Below, one piece after another: positions 15,365 through 25,544 of a stretch of 41,440 nucleotides of DNA. The translations under genes were made by a program, and so were the position numbers. The notes under the pieces were generated by a model that was given only the letters and a program-made list of their open reading frames with translations, made no database searches and was not told where the DNA came from. Source of the stretch: a virus; IMG/VR virus record IMGVR_UViG_3300002461_000793, positions 1-41,440 of that record. The stretch is one strand, 5' to 3'. Every line of letters begins with the position of its first letter. Position 1 is the stretch's first letter.

Positions 15365-17422
15365 ATGAGCAGGCCCAGCAAAGAATCAATCCTTCGTGAT
15401 GTGCACTCGAAAGCCATCACGCAGTTTGACGACATCCAATCGTCAGTCCGCGACGACCGGCTTCAGTGCTTGGACGACCGACGCTTCTACTCGATCGCAG
15501 GCGCCCAGTGGGAAGGGCCGTTCTACGAGCAGTTCCAGAACAAGCCACGCTTCGAAGTCAACAAGACTCAGCTGGCGGTTCTTCGCATCATCAACGAGTA
15601 TCGCAACAACCGCATCACGGTGGACTTCATTCCTCGCGGTGGAGAAGGTTCTGACGATCTCGCCGACCTGTGCGACGGTATGTACAGGGCGGATTACGCT
15701 GACTCCACCGGCGACGAGGCGTGCGACAACGCCTTCGAAGAAGCCACGGCCGGAGGCATCGGTGCTTGGCGTCTGTGCACAAAGTACGAGGATGAAGAGG
15801 ACGAGGAAGATGACCGTCAGCGCATCCAGTTCCTCCCCATCTTCGACGCCGACTCGTCTGTTTTCTGGGACCTGAACGCCAAGCGGCAGGACAAGTCCGA
15901 CGCCAAGTACTGCTTCGTCCTGACCGCCATGTCGAGGGAAGCGTACAAGGAAGAGTGGAACGATGATCCGGCCTCATGGCCCAAGGACATCTACCGGCTT
16001 GAGTTCGACTGGTGCACGCCTGATGTCGTGTATGTTGCCGAGTACTACGTGGTGGTGGAAAAGAAGAAGACCATCCTCGTCTACAAGGATCTGGCTGGCC
16101 AGGAGAAGAGGTACACAGAAGAAGACTTCGAAGAGGATCCTGCTCTCGAAGAGACGCTCGCCGCTGTAGGAACGCGCCTGCACAAGAAAAAGCTGGTCAC
16201 CGTCAAGCGAGTGCGGAAGTACATCATGAGTGGCAGCAAGGTGCTGAAGGACTGCGGCGAGATTGTCGGGCCCAACATCCCCATCATCATGACGTACGGC
16301 AAGCGCTGGTACATCGACAACCTGGAAAGAGCTCAGGGCCACGTGCGGTTGGCCAAGGATCCTCAGCGCCTGAAGAACATGCAGCTGTCGAAGCTGGGTG
16401 AGCTGTCCATCAAGTCGTCGGTGGAAAAGCCCATCTTCACTTCCAGACAGGTGCAAGGGTTCGCCACCATGTGGGCGGAGGATGACGTCAAGGACTACCC
16501 GTACCTGCTGGTCAACGAGCTGACAGACGTGAATGGCCAGCCGGTGGCACTTGGGCCCATCGCGTACACCAAACCACCTCAGGTGCCGCAGGCCATGGCA
16601 GCCTTGCTTCAGGTTACCGAGGAAGACATGCGTCAGATCCTTGGGGTGAACCCTGAGGCTGACAAGATGGTATCCAACATCTCTGGCGACGCCATCGAGC
16701 TGATTCAGACCAGGTTGGACATGCAGTCTTACATCTACATATCCAACATGGCCAAGGCCAAGAAGAGATGCGGCGAGGTTTGGCTGGGCATGGCGCGTGA
16801 GATCTACGTTGAGGACGACAGAGAGGTGAAGATCCTGTCATCTCAGATGGAACCGTCGACTGCCAAGCTCAACCAACCTAAAATGGGGGAGGATGGTGAG
16901 GTGATCGTGCACAACGATCTCTCCGAGGCCAAGTTTGACGTGTACGTCGACGTTGGCCCAAGCACCGTGTCACGCCGCAACTCGACCGTCAAGTCGCTGA
17001 TGACCATGCTCGCAGCCACTGACGACCCCGAGACCAAGCAGGTGCTCGGCGCCTTGATCATGATGAACATGGAAGGCGAGGGTCTGCAAGACGTGCGCAG
17101 CTACTTCAGGTGGAAGCTTCTTCGCATGGGCGCCCTCAAGCCCACAGACGAGGAAACCAAGGAGCTGGAAGCTACGAAGCAAGAGGATCCGCAGTCGACG
17201 TACCTCAAGTCGGCAGCTGAGCAAGCGCAGGCTGAAGCCGCCAAGGCTCGCAGCGGAACCGTGCTGGACATCGCCAGGGCCGAAGAACTTCAGGCCAAGA
17301 CTCTCAAGATCGCGTCCGAAATCGACGCAGCAGAACAATCTCAAGCCATCGAGGTTATGGACTGGATGGCAGGAACAACGGATACCACGGATACCACGGC
17401 CACCACTCAGCCGCGACAATGA
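15365..17422 (+). CDS. Portal protein (685 aa)
   Basis: Trimmed to ATG 15365, 1 nt after the TerL stop. LDDRRFYSIAGAQWEG is a portal N-terminal signature. Its size and position fit a portal. Confidence 0.85.
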   Translation: MSRPSKESILRDVHSKAITQFDDIQSSVRDDRLQCLDDRRFYSIAGAQWEGPFYEQFQNKPRFEVNKTQLAVLRIINEYRNNRITVDFIPRGGEGSDDLADLCDGMYRADYADSTGDEACDNAFEEATAGGIGAWRLCTKYEDEEDEEDDRQRIQFLPIFDADSSVFWDLNAKRQDKSDAKYCFVLTAMSREAYKEEWNDDPASWPKDIYRLEFDWCTPDVVYVAEYYVVVEKKKTILVYKDLAGQEKRYTEEDFEEDPALEETLAAVGTRLHKKKLVTVKRVRKYIMSGSKVLKDCGEIVGPNIPIIMTYGKRWYIDNLERAQGHVRLAKDPQRLKNMQLSKLGELSIKSSVEKPIFTSRQVQGFATMWAEDDVKDYPYLLVNELTDVNGQPVALGPIAYTKPPQVPQAMAALLQVTEEDMRQILGVNPEADKMVSNISGDAIELIQTRLDMQSYIYISNMAKAKKRCGEVWLGMAREIYVEDDREVKILSSQMEPSTAKLNQPKMGEDGEVIVHNDLSEAKFDVYVDVGPSTVSRRNSTVKSLMTMLAATDDPETKQVLGALIMMNMEGEGLQDVRSYFRWKLLRMGALKPTDEETKELEATKQEDPQSTYLKSAAEQAQAEAAKARSGTVLDIARAEELQAKTLKIASEIDAAEQSQAIEVMDWMAGTTDTTDTTATTQPRQ
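17378..17404 (+). repeat. Three tandem 9-nt units at the portal C-terminus
   Basis: ACGGATACC ACGGATACC ACGGCCACC, encoding TDT TDT TAT. Confidence 0.6.
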
Positions 17423-17447
17423 GTGAGACATCCAGAAGGAAAGAGCA

Positions 17448-18329
17448 ATGGCAGAAGCAGCAGCGAAAAGAGCAGTAGAGGTCTTCAACGAGGAACCCGA
17501 GACGGAAGTCGAGGAGACTCAGACTGAGACCACCGAAGCAGCCAACGAAGAAACGGTGGAGAACCAAACCACCGAGACTCAGCAGGCGGCCGAGGAGGAA
17601 GAGGTCGAGGAAGTCATCGTTCAGATCGGAGAGGAGTCGCTCACCTCGGCTGAACCTGCACCCCAGTGGGTGAAGGACCTGCGCAAGTCGCAGGAGGAAC
17701 TTCGCAAGCGCAACAGGGACTTGGAGGAACAACTCCAGGCCACGAAGAAGGAGCAAGAGTCTAAGACTCTGGGCAAGAAGCCGACCATCGAGGATTTCGA
17801 CTTCGACACCGAGAAGTTTGAGGCCGAGCTCATCAAGTGGCACGATCAGAGAACGAAGTTCGAGGAAGCTGCCGCCAAGAAAGCTGAGGTGGCGAAAGCT
17901 GAGGAGCAGGCCTGGCAGCAACGGCTTGCCGAGTTCGAGGAGGGCAAGAAAGCTCTCAAGGTCAAGGACTACGCGGACGCGGAGGCGGTGGTGCAAACGA
18001 CCTTCTCTGTTGTTCAGCAAGGCATCATTGTCCAAGGCGCGAAGAACCCAGCGCTTCTGAACTACGCCATCGGAAAGAGCCCCGAACGTGCGCGCCAACT
18101 GGCAGCCATCACTGACCCGGTGAAGTTTGCCTTCGCCGTGGCCCAACTGGAGAAAGACGTGAGTGTGACAAGCAAAAGGAAGTCTCCGCCGCCGCCTGAA
18201 GAGCGCCCTTCTGGGCACAGCTCGGTGGCAGCCGGGGCTGATAAGCAACTGGAAAGGCTGCGTGAAGAGGCCGCCAAGACTGGCGACTACACGAAAGTCC
18301 ACGCCTACAAACGTGAGAGACGTGGCTAG
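17448..18329 (+). CDS. Scaffolding protein
   Basis: Lies between the portal and coat genes. Highly acidic with Glu/Lys/Ala coiled-coil composition. Confidence 0.7.
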   Translation: MAEAAAKRAVEVFNEEPETEVEETQTETTEAANEETVENQTTETQQAAEEEEVEEVIVQIGEESLTSAEPAPQWVKDLRKSQEELRKRNRDLEEQLQATKKEQESKTLGKKPTIEDFDFDTEKFEAELIKWHDQRTKFEEAAAKKAEVAKAEEQAWQQRLAEFEEGKKALKVKDYADAEAVVQTTFSVVQQGIIVQGAKNPALLNYAIGKSPERARQLAAITDPVKFAFAVAQLEKDVSVTSKRKSPPPPEERPSGHSSVAAGADKQLERLREEAAKTGDYTKVHAYKRERRG

Positions 18330-18332
18330 CTT

Positions 18333-18350
18333 TTCCTCTCATTAGAGGAA
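18333..18350 (+). promoter_or_regulatory. Hairpin occluding the coat-gene Shine-Dalgarno sequence
   Basis: TTCCTCT-CATT-AGAGGAA. The 3' arm contains GAGGA, 8 nt upstream of ATG 18358. Confidence 0.3.
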
Positions 18351-18357
18351 GTAACAA

Positions 18358-19626
18358 ATGGCAAACGCATTTTCGAAAGAAGAACGGGTCGCCTTCGAGG
18401 ACATCATCGAAGGTTTCCAGGACGCCCTCGTGCTGTCCCGCAACGTCTCGGTCTTCAACACCGACCAGACGATGATGGAGCGCACGAACAACGTCATCTG
18501 GCGCCCGCAGCCGTACATCGCTCAGTCGTACGCGGGTACGAACATGACGTCGAACTTCGACGACTACACGCAGCTCTCGGTGCCGGCAACCATCGGCTTC
18601 AGCCGAGCTGTACCGTGGACCATGTCGGCCACTGAGCTTCGCGACGCCCTTCAGGAGAAGCGCCTAGGCGACGCCGCCAAGCAGAAGCTGGCGTCCGACA
18701 TCAATGTGTCGCTCATGACCGTGGCCGCCAACCAAGGTACGCTCGTTGTCAAGCGAACCGCGGCCGCGTCCGGCTTCGACGATGTCGCCCAGTGCGAAGC
18801 CATCATGAACGAAACCGGCGTGCAGACGTTCGATCGCTACCTGGCCCTGTCGACCCGTGACTACAACGGCATGGCGTCGAACCTGGCCGGTCGCCAGAAC
18901 ATGACCGACCTGCCGAAGACCGCATACCAGCGAGCCTACGTGGGCATGATCGCCTCGTTCGAGACGTTCAAGATGGACTACGCCATCTCGCTGCTGGCCC
19001 GCTCTGGCACCGGCGTGACCGTCAACGGTGCGAATCAGTTCTACACGCCCCGTGCAACGTCCACGGCCGGCACCGGTGAAACTGCCAACGTCGACAACCG
19101 GTACCAAACTCTCGCGGTCACGGTGACGTCCGGCACCATCCGCGTCGGCGACTGCTTCACGCTGGCAGGCGTCAACGCCGTTCATCTCATCACCAAGGGC
19201 GACACCGGTCAGCTGAAGACCTTCCGTGTCACGGCCATCATCTCCGGTGGCGGCGGCACGGGCAACATCCAGATCAGCCCGCCCATCATCTCCGGTCAAG
19301 GCGCCACGGACGCGGAACTGCAGTACAAGAACGTCACGGCCACGCCCGCCAACGGCGCCGTCATCACGTTCCTGAACACTGCGACTGCGAGCGTCAACCC
19401 GTTCTGGCAGAAGGACGCGCTGGAAATCCTGCCGGGTCGCTATGCGGTACCGACGGATGCCGGCGCTGCCGTGATGCGGGCCAGCACTGACCAGGGCATC
19501 GAGTTGGTGATGCAGAAGCAGTACGACATCAACACGATGGTGACCAAGTACCGTATTGATACCCTGTACGGCGTGGTCAACAAGCAGCCGGAGATGTCCG
19601 GTATCGAGCTGTTCAGCCAGCCGTAA
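18358..19626 (+). CDS. Major capsid protein, P22 gp5-like
   Basis: By-eye match to my recollection of P22 coat. [28 protein letters not shown] compares with [41 protein letters not shown] compares with NVFWADDAIRIVSQ. Confidence 0.9.
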   Translation: [422 protein letters not shown]

Positions 19627-19634
19627 CCAACGTA

Positions 19635-19662
19635 GGGAAGAGGCTTCGGCCTCTTCCTTTCT
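19635..19662 (+). terminator. Rho-independent terminator after the coat gene
   Basis: GGAAGAGGC-TTCG-GCCTCTTCC (perfect 9-bp stem) followed by TTTCT. Confidence 0.75.
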
Positions 19663-19674
19663 CAGGAGAAAGAA

Positions 19675-19899
19675 ATGGAAAACCCCAGAATGCTGTTCAA
19701 GGTGCCCGGCCCGCACAAGACTCACGAGGGCGCCTACGACTACACCATCGTGGACGAAACGAAGGTGGAAGACGCGGTGGCCGACGGATGGTTCAAAACG
19801 CTGCCTGAAGCCATCGAAGCTGCCAAGCCGGAGAAAGAACCTACCAAGCCGGCGGAAGAACCTGGCAAGGTCGAAGCCGCCAAGCCAGCCAAGAGGTAA
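19675..19899 (+). CDS. Hypothetical protein (74 aa)
   Basis: AGGAGAA lies upstream of the ATG. The C-terminus is a Pro/Glu/Lys-rich tail. Confidence 0.55.
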   Translation: MENPRMLFKVPGPHKTHEGAYDYTIVDETKVEDAVADGWFKTLPEAIEAAKPEKEPTKPAEEPGKVEAAKPAKR

Positions 19900-19905
19900 G
19901 AACAA

Positions 19906-20385
19906 ATGTCGTGGACGAAAAGAGAACTTGTTCTCCAGGCGTTTGCAGAGATCGGGCTGGCGGCGTATGTCTACGACCTGCAGCCTGAGCAACTGCAGAC
20001 GGCGTTGAACAGGTTGGATTCCATGATGGCCACGTGGAACGCCGACGGGCTGAGACTTGGGTACACCATGGCGTCCCCGTCCACGACAGACCTTGACCAA
20101 GACTCTGGTCTGCCAGACGCGGCAAATGAGGCTGTGTATCTGAATCTCGCCATCCGTCTCGCTTCCAGCGTCGGCAAGATGGTGTCAGAGGACCTGAAGA
20201 AGACGGCGAGAGACGCGTACACGGCTCTCAGCGGTAAGTTCGCACAGGTGCCAGAACGACTGAGGCCTTCTGACATACCAGCCGGAGCAGGCAACAAACC
20301 GTGGAGGGTGTTTGGTGATCCGTTCCTTCCTCCTTCGCCAGATCCTGTAACCACTGGCCTTGACGGCGACGTGGATCTTTACTGA
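19906..20385 (+). CDS. Head-to-tail adaptor, P22 gp4-like
   Basis: KRELVLQAFAEIGLAAY...LNRLDSMMATWNADGLRLGY parallels the P22 gp4 N-terminus as I recall it. Its size and position fit gp4. Confidence 0.6.
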   Translation: MSWTKRELVLQAFAEIGLAAYVYDLQPEQLQTALNRLDSMMATWNADGLRLGYTMASPSTTDLDQDSGLPDAANEAVYLNLAIRLASSVGKMVSEDLKKTARDAYTALSGKFAQVPERLRPSDIPAGAGNKPWRVFGDPFLPPSPDPVTTGLDGDVDLY

Positions 20386-20394
20386 GGGCCTCAT

Positions 20395-20847
20395 ATGGCA
20401 ACCATCAACCAGTTGTCCCAGATCGACCAGCTTCAACTGTCAGATCTGCTGGTCGTCTACGATTCGTCGAATTCCGACGCGCGTAAGGCTTCCATCACTC
20501 AGCTGAACGACCTGCTCCAGGAAAACTTGGACGTCCAGGACGATAAGCTGACTCAGTACTCGGCTCCGTCTTCCACCGGGTTCACGGTCAACGTGCAGGC
20601 TGAAGGAAGCACGTGGCTCGTGCTGACTCCGACAGGAGGCTTCGCGGCTGGCACGATTGTGTTGCCTGAAGTCTCGTCTGTACAGGACAGGCAGGAACTG
20701 CTGGTGAATTGTACTCAAGCAGTGACCACGCTCACCGTGAGCGGCAACGGCGCGACCGTGACCGGCGCTCCTACGACGCTCTCCGCAAACGCATTCTTCC
20801 GTCTTCGGTTTGACCAGCCCTCGTCGGTCTGGTACCGGGTCGGGTAA
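20395..20847 (+). CDS. Virion-associated protein (150 aa)
   Basis: The N-terminal TINQLSQIDQLQLSDLLVVYDSSNSDARKASITQL resembles the anchor motif of phage fibre and spike proteins. Confidence 0.5.
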   Translation: MATINQLSQIDQLQLSDLLVVYDSSNSDARKASITQLNDLLQENLDVQDDKLTQYSAPSSTGFTVNVQAEGSTWLVLTPTGGFAAGTIVLPEVSSVQDRQELLVNCTQAVTTLTVSGNGATVTGAPTTLSANAFFRLRFDQPSSVWYRVG

Positions 20848-20861
20848 TAGGAGAAACGACC

Positions 20862-23099
20862 ATGGCTGGCACAGTGCCCGCAAATCGCAACTTCGTGACC
20901 CCGTTGGCTGCCGGCGCGACGCTCAATGTGTCCGGGCTGGGCACTGTGCAGGTCGTGCCACGCGAACCTGCAGCAATTGATCAATCCGCCCAGATCGTGA
21001 CGTCGCCGTTCACGACCGTTGGGCCGTTTAACAAGAACGTCGACGTGTTCATGCAGGCCTTCAGCCAGCCTCTTGAATTTCTGTCCATGCAGAAGCCGTC
21101 GGCGATTCGGTGGACTGAGCTTGAGTTGTCTACGAACAAGGACGACGCGCAACTGAATATCGATATCATTCAAAGCGCGTTGGACTCCGGTGGGTACGTG
21201 GCTGTTCTCAAGCCCGGAATTTACCCCATGGACAATACCACCCTCTACATCGGAGACAACACGTTCTTCTTGTCTTCGTGGGGTGTTACGTACCGGCAAA
21301 AACAAGGCCTCAAGGCGAGAATGTTGGCGTGCCGATCCAGTCTGGCGACTCCGACACCCGTATCCCTGGCGTGGACCACGAACGACAGCATCGTGACCGT
21401 CACCTGGGCCAACCACGGCCTGACGGACGAGGACTACGTGTGCCTGCAGGGCGCGCAACTGAGTGGCGTGGTGTCGGGCGCTACTCTGGCAAACCCGTGC
21501 GTTATCACCGCCGTCGGGCATGGGATGCAGACTGGGGACCGCGCGACAATTTCCGGTGTTGGTGGTACAACGCAGCTGAACGGCAATACATACATTGTGA
21601 CGCGGCTCAGTGCAGACACCTTCAGCATTTCCAATCTTGTCGGTACTATCAACTCTTCCGCGTTTGGCGCATTTTCGTCCAACGGCACATTTACGAGCGT
21701 TCAGGGCGAGTACAACAACGTCTTTCGTGTGTTCACGGTGGTGGATGCCAACTCGTTTACGATCTCGCTGTACGAAACGCCGACTATCGCCCCGAGCGGG
21801 TCTGTCACGGCCGTCCGCTGCACCAGGACGTTTGCCGTGCAGGGTGGAACGTGGGATTACGACAGAGCCACAAACCAGGGTTCGCCGACTAACTTGAACC
21901 TGCACGCTATCACGCTGCACTACGCGGCGGACTTCAGAGCCTCAGACATCAAGTGCACCAACGTGCTCAAGTACGGCTTCAACACGATGGCCACGGCTGA
22001 CTACGTGTGCGAACGCATTGAAGGTTCAGGCGTAGCCGAGATTTTCAAGCACTACGGGCCAATCGCAAACGGCACGGTCGATGGCATCTACGGCGACTCG
22101 ATTGACGACTGCACCACTGTGCAGATGCGCGAGCCGCCGGCGTTCATCAACTACCAGCCGGCGCAGGGCGACATCATCAATCTGACGATTAAGAACGTGA
22201 ACGTTCGCAACGTTGGAGGAACGGCTTCAGGCGCCATCGTTGTGTACGCGTCGAACCACGATCGGTGCGTGAACCTGACGTATGACAAGGTTATCGCAAA
22301 AGGTACTGTGTGCCCGGGCATCCGTATTCGTAATGGAGACACGTTCACTGTTGGTCAGATTGAAGATCTGACCATCATCGACGCAGTTACTTCTGGTAAA
22401 GTGACGTCCAACTACAGCATTTTCGCTGCCGACGTGGGCATCAAGGGGTTCAAGCTCGTGCGCCCGAAGTTCGTGCCGGCCGATTTGACTTCACCGTATT
22501 TCAGCACGAACGCCAACACGAATATCGAGACCATGCAGGTTGATGGTATGCGCTTTTACAACGAGGCATGGCCAACTGGCGGCGTGGGGTTGTTTGTTCT
22601 GAACGGCGTCATGGGGCGGTTCATCGCTGAGAACTGCGACATTCGAGGTCAGAGCGGGCTTGGATTTGTGTCTGTTGGAGGCGGTCAGTTCATTGCTAAC
22701 ATCATCCTCCGGGACAGTAGATTCGAAGGGATCAGCTACGTCGTGGACTGCCGCTCGCTGGCGAACATCTACCGCGAGAACTGCGTGTTCAACAACATCC
22801 CGAACGGAGTTCTGAGAATCCAAAGCACCGCTGGGCTGGTGGCCAGAGTCTACGGTTCAGGTCGCAATACCTACGCGGTGGCGACTGAAGCTCTCGTCGT
22901 GATCGCGCCAGCTACCGCCGAGGTCTATGACTGGGACCTTCGCATCGACCCGATTGCGGTGACGCAACTGGCCACGACGCCGGGACAGTATTGCTGGAGC
23001 ACGCAAGCTGGTGCGGAAGCAGGGCCCTGCGTAAGAGTTACTGCAGGATGGGCAGCCCTTGCTGCGGGTGCGGCCTTCGCCAACCAGCAAATCACCTGA
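20862..23099 (+). CDS. Tailspike/depolymerase-like beta-helix protein (745 aa)
   Basis: Pectate-lyase-like start IIQSALDSGGYVAVLKPGIYPMDNTTLYIGDNTFF. Many short beta-helix-like repeats. An inserted pair of small beta-domains (HGLTDEDYVCLQGA.. and HGMQTGDRATISGVGG..LNGNTYIV). Confidence 0.7.
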   Translation: MAGTVPANRNFVTPLAAGATLNVSGLGTVQVVPREPAAIDQSAQIVTSPFTTVGPFNKNVDVFMQAFSQPLEFLSMQKPSAIRWTELELSTNKDDAQLNIDIIQSALDSGGYVAVLKPGIYPMDNTTLYIGDNTFFLSSWGVTYRQKQGLKARMLACRSSLATPTPVSLAWTTNDSIVTVTWANHGLTDEDYVCLQGAQLSGVVSGATLANPCVITAVGHGMQTGDRATISGVGGTTQLNGNTYIVTRLSADTFSISNLVGTINSSAFGAFSSNGTFTSVQGEYNNVFRVFTVVDANSFTISLYETPTIAPSGSVTAVRCTRTFAVQGGTWDYDRATNQGSPTNLNLHAITLHYAADFRASDIKCTNVLKYGFNTMATADYVCERIEGSGVAEIFKHYGPIANGTVDGIYGDSIDDCTTVQMREPPAFINYQPAQGDIINLTIKNVNVRNVGGTASGAIVVYASNHDRCVNLTYDKVIAKGTVCPGIRIRNGDTFTVGQIEDLTIIDAVTSGKVTSNYSIFAADVGIKGFKLVRPKFVPADLTSPYFSTNANTNIETMQVDGMRFYNEAWPTGGVGLFVLNGVMGRFIAENCDIRGQSGLGFVSVGGGQFIANIILRDSRFEGISYVVDCRSLANIYRENCVFNNIPNGVLRIQSTAGLVARVYGSGRNTYAVATEALVVIAPATAEVYDWDLRIDPIAVTQLATTPGQYCWSTQAGAEAGPCVRVTAGWAALAAGAAFANQQIT

Positions 23100-23100
23100 C

Positions 23101-24498
23101 ATGCAGATCCCCATCCTCAACGGCATTTGTACCGACGCGGCGCCAGACGTCCGGACGGCGTACCCGGTCAATCTCGTGCCCGTCCCAAAGGCGAGCGGCG
23201 TGAGCAACGGGTATCTCCGGCCAGCTGATGGCATCGTGTCGTTCGCTACCGGACAGGGCGGGGATCGCGGAGCCATCAACTGGAATGGCCAGTGCTACCG
23301 AGTGAGTGGCACCAAGCTCGTGCGGGTTAACGCGAACGGGACGGTCGATGTTCTGGGAGATGTTGGCCCAGGAGCGCCCGTCAAGTTTGACTATTCATTC
23401 GACCGGTTGGCAGTCGCCTCAGCTGGAAACTTGTACTACTGGAACGGGTCGCTTCTGCAGCAGGTTACCGATCCAGATCTGGGAACGTGTGTCGATGTCG
23501 TCTGGGTGGACGGGTATTTCATGACGACCGATGGTGAGTTTCTCATCGTTACCCAGCTGAATGACCCGTTCAGCATCGACCCGCTGAAGTATGGGTCGTC
23601 TGAAGTGGATCCGGACCCAGTCGTGGCACTGCTCAAGGTGCGCAATGAGGTACACGCGCTCAACCGGTACACCATAGAAGTCTTTGAGAACATTGGAGGC
23701 GATAACTTTCCGTTCCAGCGCATCGACGGAGCGCAAATTCAAAAGGGCGCTGTTGGTACACGGGCCGCGTGCGTGTTTGCAGAAGCTATCGCGTTTCTGG
23801 GTTCTGGGCGGAACGAAGGTATCAGCATCTATCTCGGAGCCAACGGCAATGCCCAACCTCTGGCAACTCGTGAGATCGACCAGGTTCTTGAGCAGTATTC
23901 TGAGGCGACGCTGTCAACTGTCGTCTTGGAATCGCGGTTGGACAAGGGGCACCAGCATCTCTGGGTTCGTTTGCCTGACCGGACGCTGGTCTATGATCTG
24001 GCGGCATCCCAGGTAGTTGAAGAGCCGGTATGGTTCACTCTGTCTGGTGGACTGGAAAGCCTGTCAGCTCCTCCGGCCGCGTTCCTTGTGCGGTGCTACG
24101 ACAAGTGGTTGGTAGGCGATCCTGCTTCCACCCGCATCGGCTATCTTGACGACAACACGTCCAATCACTACGGAGAGGCGGTACAGTGGGAATTTTCCAC
24201 CGCTATCATCTACAACGACGGTGAGTCGGCGCTCATTCATGAGCTGGAACTTGTGGCTCTCACCGGCTCGGTTGCCGAGGGCGAGGACCCGGCCATCTCG
24301 ACGTCGTTCTCAGTCGACGGCCAGACTTGGAGTCAGGACAGATACATCAAGGCAGGAGCCCGTGGAGTCAGGGCGAAGCGGCTTGTCTGGCTGCAGCAAG
24401 GTTGGATGGAGCATTGGAGAATCCAGAGGTTCCGCAGCGATTCTCGCGCCCATCTGTCGTTTCTGCGGCTTGAAGCCCGCATAGAGCCGCTGACGTAA
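23101..24498 (+). CDS. Tail accessory factor, P22 gp10-like
   Basis: Trimmed to ATG 23101. MQIPILNGICTDAAPDVRTAYPVNLVPVPKASGVSNGYLRP parallels the P22 gp10 N-terminus as I recall it. Confidence 0.7.
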   Translation: MQIPILNGICTDAAPDVRTAYPVNLVPVPKASGVSNGYLRPADGIVSFATGQGGDRGAINWNGQCYRVSGTKLVRVNANGTVDVLGDVGPGAPVKFDYSFDRLAVASAGNLYYWNGSLLQQVTDPDLGTCVDVVWVDGYFMTTDGEFLIVTQLNDPFSIDPLKYGSSEVDPDPVVALLKVRNEVHALNRYTIEVFENIGGDNFPFQRIDGAQIQKGAVGTRAACVFAEAIAFLGSGRNEGISIYLGANGNAQPLATREIDQVLEQYSEATLSTVVLESRLDKGHQHLWVRLPDRTLVYDLAASQVVEEPVWFTLSGGLESLSAPPAAFLVRCYDKWLVGDPASTRIGYLDDNTSNHYGEAVQWEFSTAIIYNDGESALIHELELVALTGSVAEGEDPAISTSFSVDGQTWSQDRYIKAGARGVRAKRLVWLQQGWMEHWRIQRFRSDSRAHLSFLRLEARIEPLT

Positions 24499-24499
24499 C

Positions 24500-25198
24500 A
24501 TGGCCACTAACAGGCTTAAGCTAAGTCGTGCACAGCTTGCAGCGTTCCTGAAAGATCCGGAGTCGATCAGGCAGTTCGAAAGGCTATTCGCGGTTGCGGA
24601 CGAAGACGTCTCGAGCATCACGATTTTGGTTGAGGAGGCGTCGACGGCTGCTTTGTCAGCGATGGCGGCCGCAGTGCAAGCGCTTGACGCGTTGAACGCA
24701 ATTCGCGATGATCTGGAGTTTGTTGCGCTGTCGCCACCAGTGCCTGAAAGTGGAGCTCCGACAGATGCAACTTACGTTGTTCTGTCAGCAAATACCGCTC
24801 TTACGCAGGAGCGTGTATTGACCGCCGGGGCGAACATTACGCTCACAGATGGCGGCCCTGGTGGTGCACTGACAATTGCAGCCTCGGGCGGGGGTAGTTC
24901 CGCGGTGAGCGCGTGGGTCAACTTCAACGGAACTGGCGTAGTTTCAATCCGCGATTCTTTCAACGTGACCTCTATCACTGACAACGGCATTGCAGACTAC
25001 ACGGTGAACTTTACCGCGGCTTTGACGGCCGATTACTCTTGGTCGGTTTCTTCTGGAGATGCTTCACCTGGCAATGCGTTTGCCATTACCGCCCCAGCAG
25101 TATCGGCGCCAACTACTACTGCGTTCAGATTGAAAATTTACGACGTCGCGCTGGGCGTCACCGACATGCCTTACGTGTCAGCTCAGTTTTACAGTTGA
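24500..25198 (+). CDS. Tail needle/fibre protein with C-terminal knob domain
   Basis: Occupies the position of P22 gp26. It has a predicted helical N-terminus and the fibre motif DATYVVLSANTALTQERVLTAG. Its C-terminal 95 aa are homologous to the end of the 30266..31579 protein. Confidence 0.55.
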   Translation: MATNRLKLSRAQLAAFLKDPESIRQFERLFAVADEDVSSITILVEEASTAALSAMAAAVQALDALNAIRDDLEFVALSPPVPESGAPTDATYVVLSANTALTQERVLTAGANITLTDGGPGGALTIAASGGGSSAVSAWVNFNGTGVVSIRDSFNVTSITDNGIADYTVNFTAALTADYSWSVSSGDASPGNAFAITAPAVSAPTTTAFRLKIYDVALGVTDMPYVSAQFYS

Positions 25199-25208
25199 GA
25201 GACGATAA

Positions 25209-25544
25209 ATGACTATCACCGTCAAGACTCTGGTTCCCCGCAAGCAGGCTGAAGCTTCACAGACAGCCCAGTACACAGCCGTGAACTGCAGGACGATCAT
25301 TGACAAGTTCACCGCCACGAATACCAGCGGTTCGAACGTCACGTTCTCCGCGAACCTGATTGCAAATGGTGACAGCGCGGGGAACCAGAACCTGGTCCTC
25401 AAGACCAGGACAATCGTTCCGAACGAGACGTATCTGTGTCCTGAGCTGGTAGGTCAGACGCTGGAGCCTGGTGGGTTCATCTCAACTCTGGCAGGTACCG
25501 CGTCTGCGCTCACCATCTCAGCTGCGGGGAGGGAGATCACGTGA
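25209..25544 (+). CDS. Hypothetical protein (111 aa)
   Basis: Good coding context. Predicted beta-rich and rich in Thr/Ser/Asn. Confidence 0.55.
   Translation: MTITVKTLVPRKQAEASQTAQYTAVNCRTIIDKFTATNTSGSNVTFSANLIANGDSAGNQNLVLKTRTIVPNETYLCPELVGQTLEPGGFISTLAGTASALTISAAGREIT

Noticed and set aside
17355-20100. Long minus-strand ORFs opposite the scaffold and coat genes (17355..18302, 315 aa; 18664..20100, 478 aa). Similar shadow ORFs occur elsewhere: 14149..15435, 20715..21920, 27448..28140, 28402..29199, 29691..30452, 2308..3609 (+), 5048..6022 (+), 12190..12912 (+) and 34517..35386 (+).
   Set aside because: Their composition is rich in Arg, Leu, Gly and His, as is typical of antisense frames in GC-rich coding DNA. 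They lack SD sequences and recognisable motifs. Each is fully covered by a well-supported gene on the other strand.
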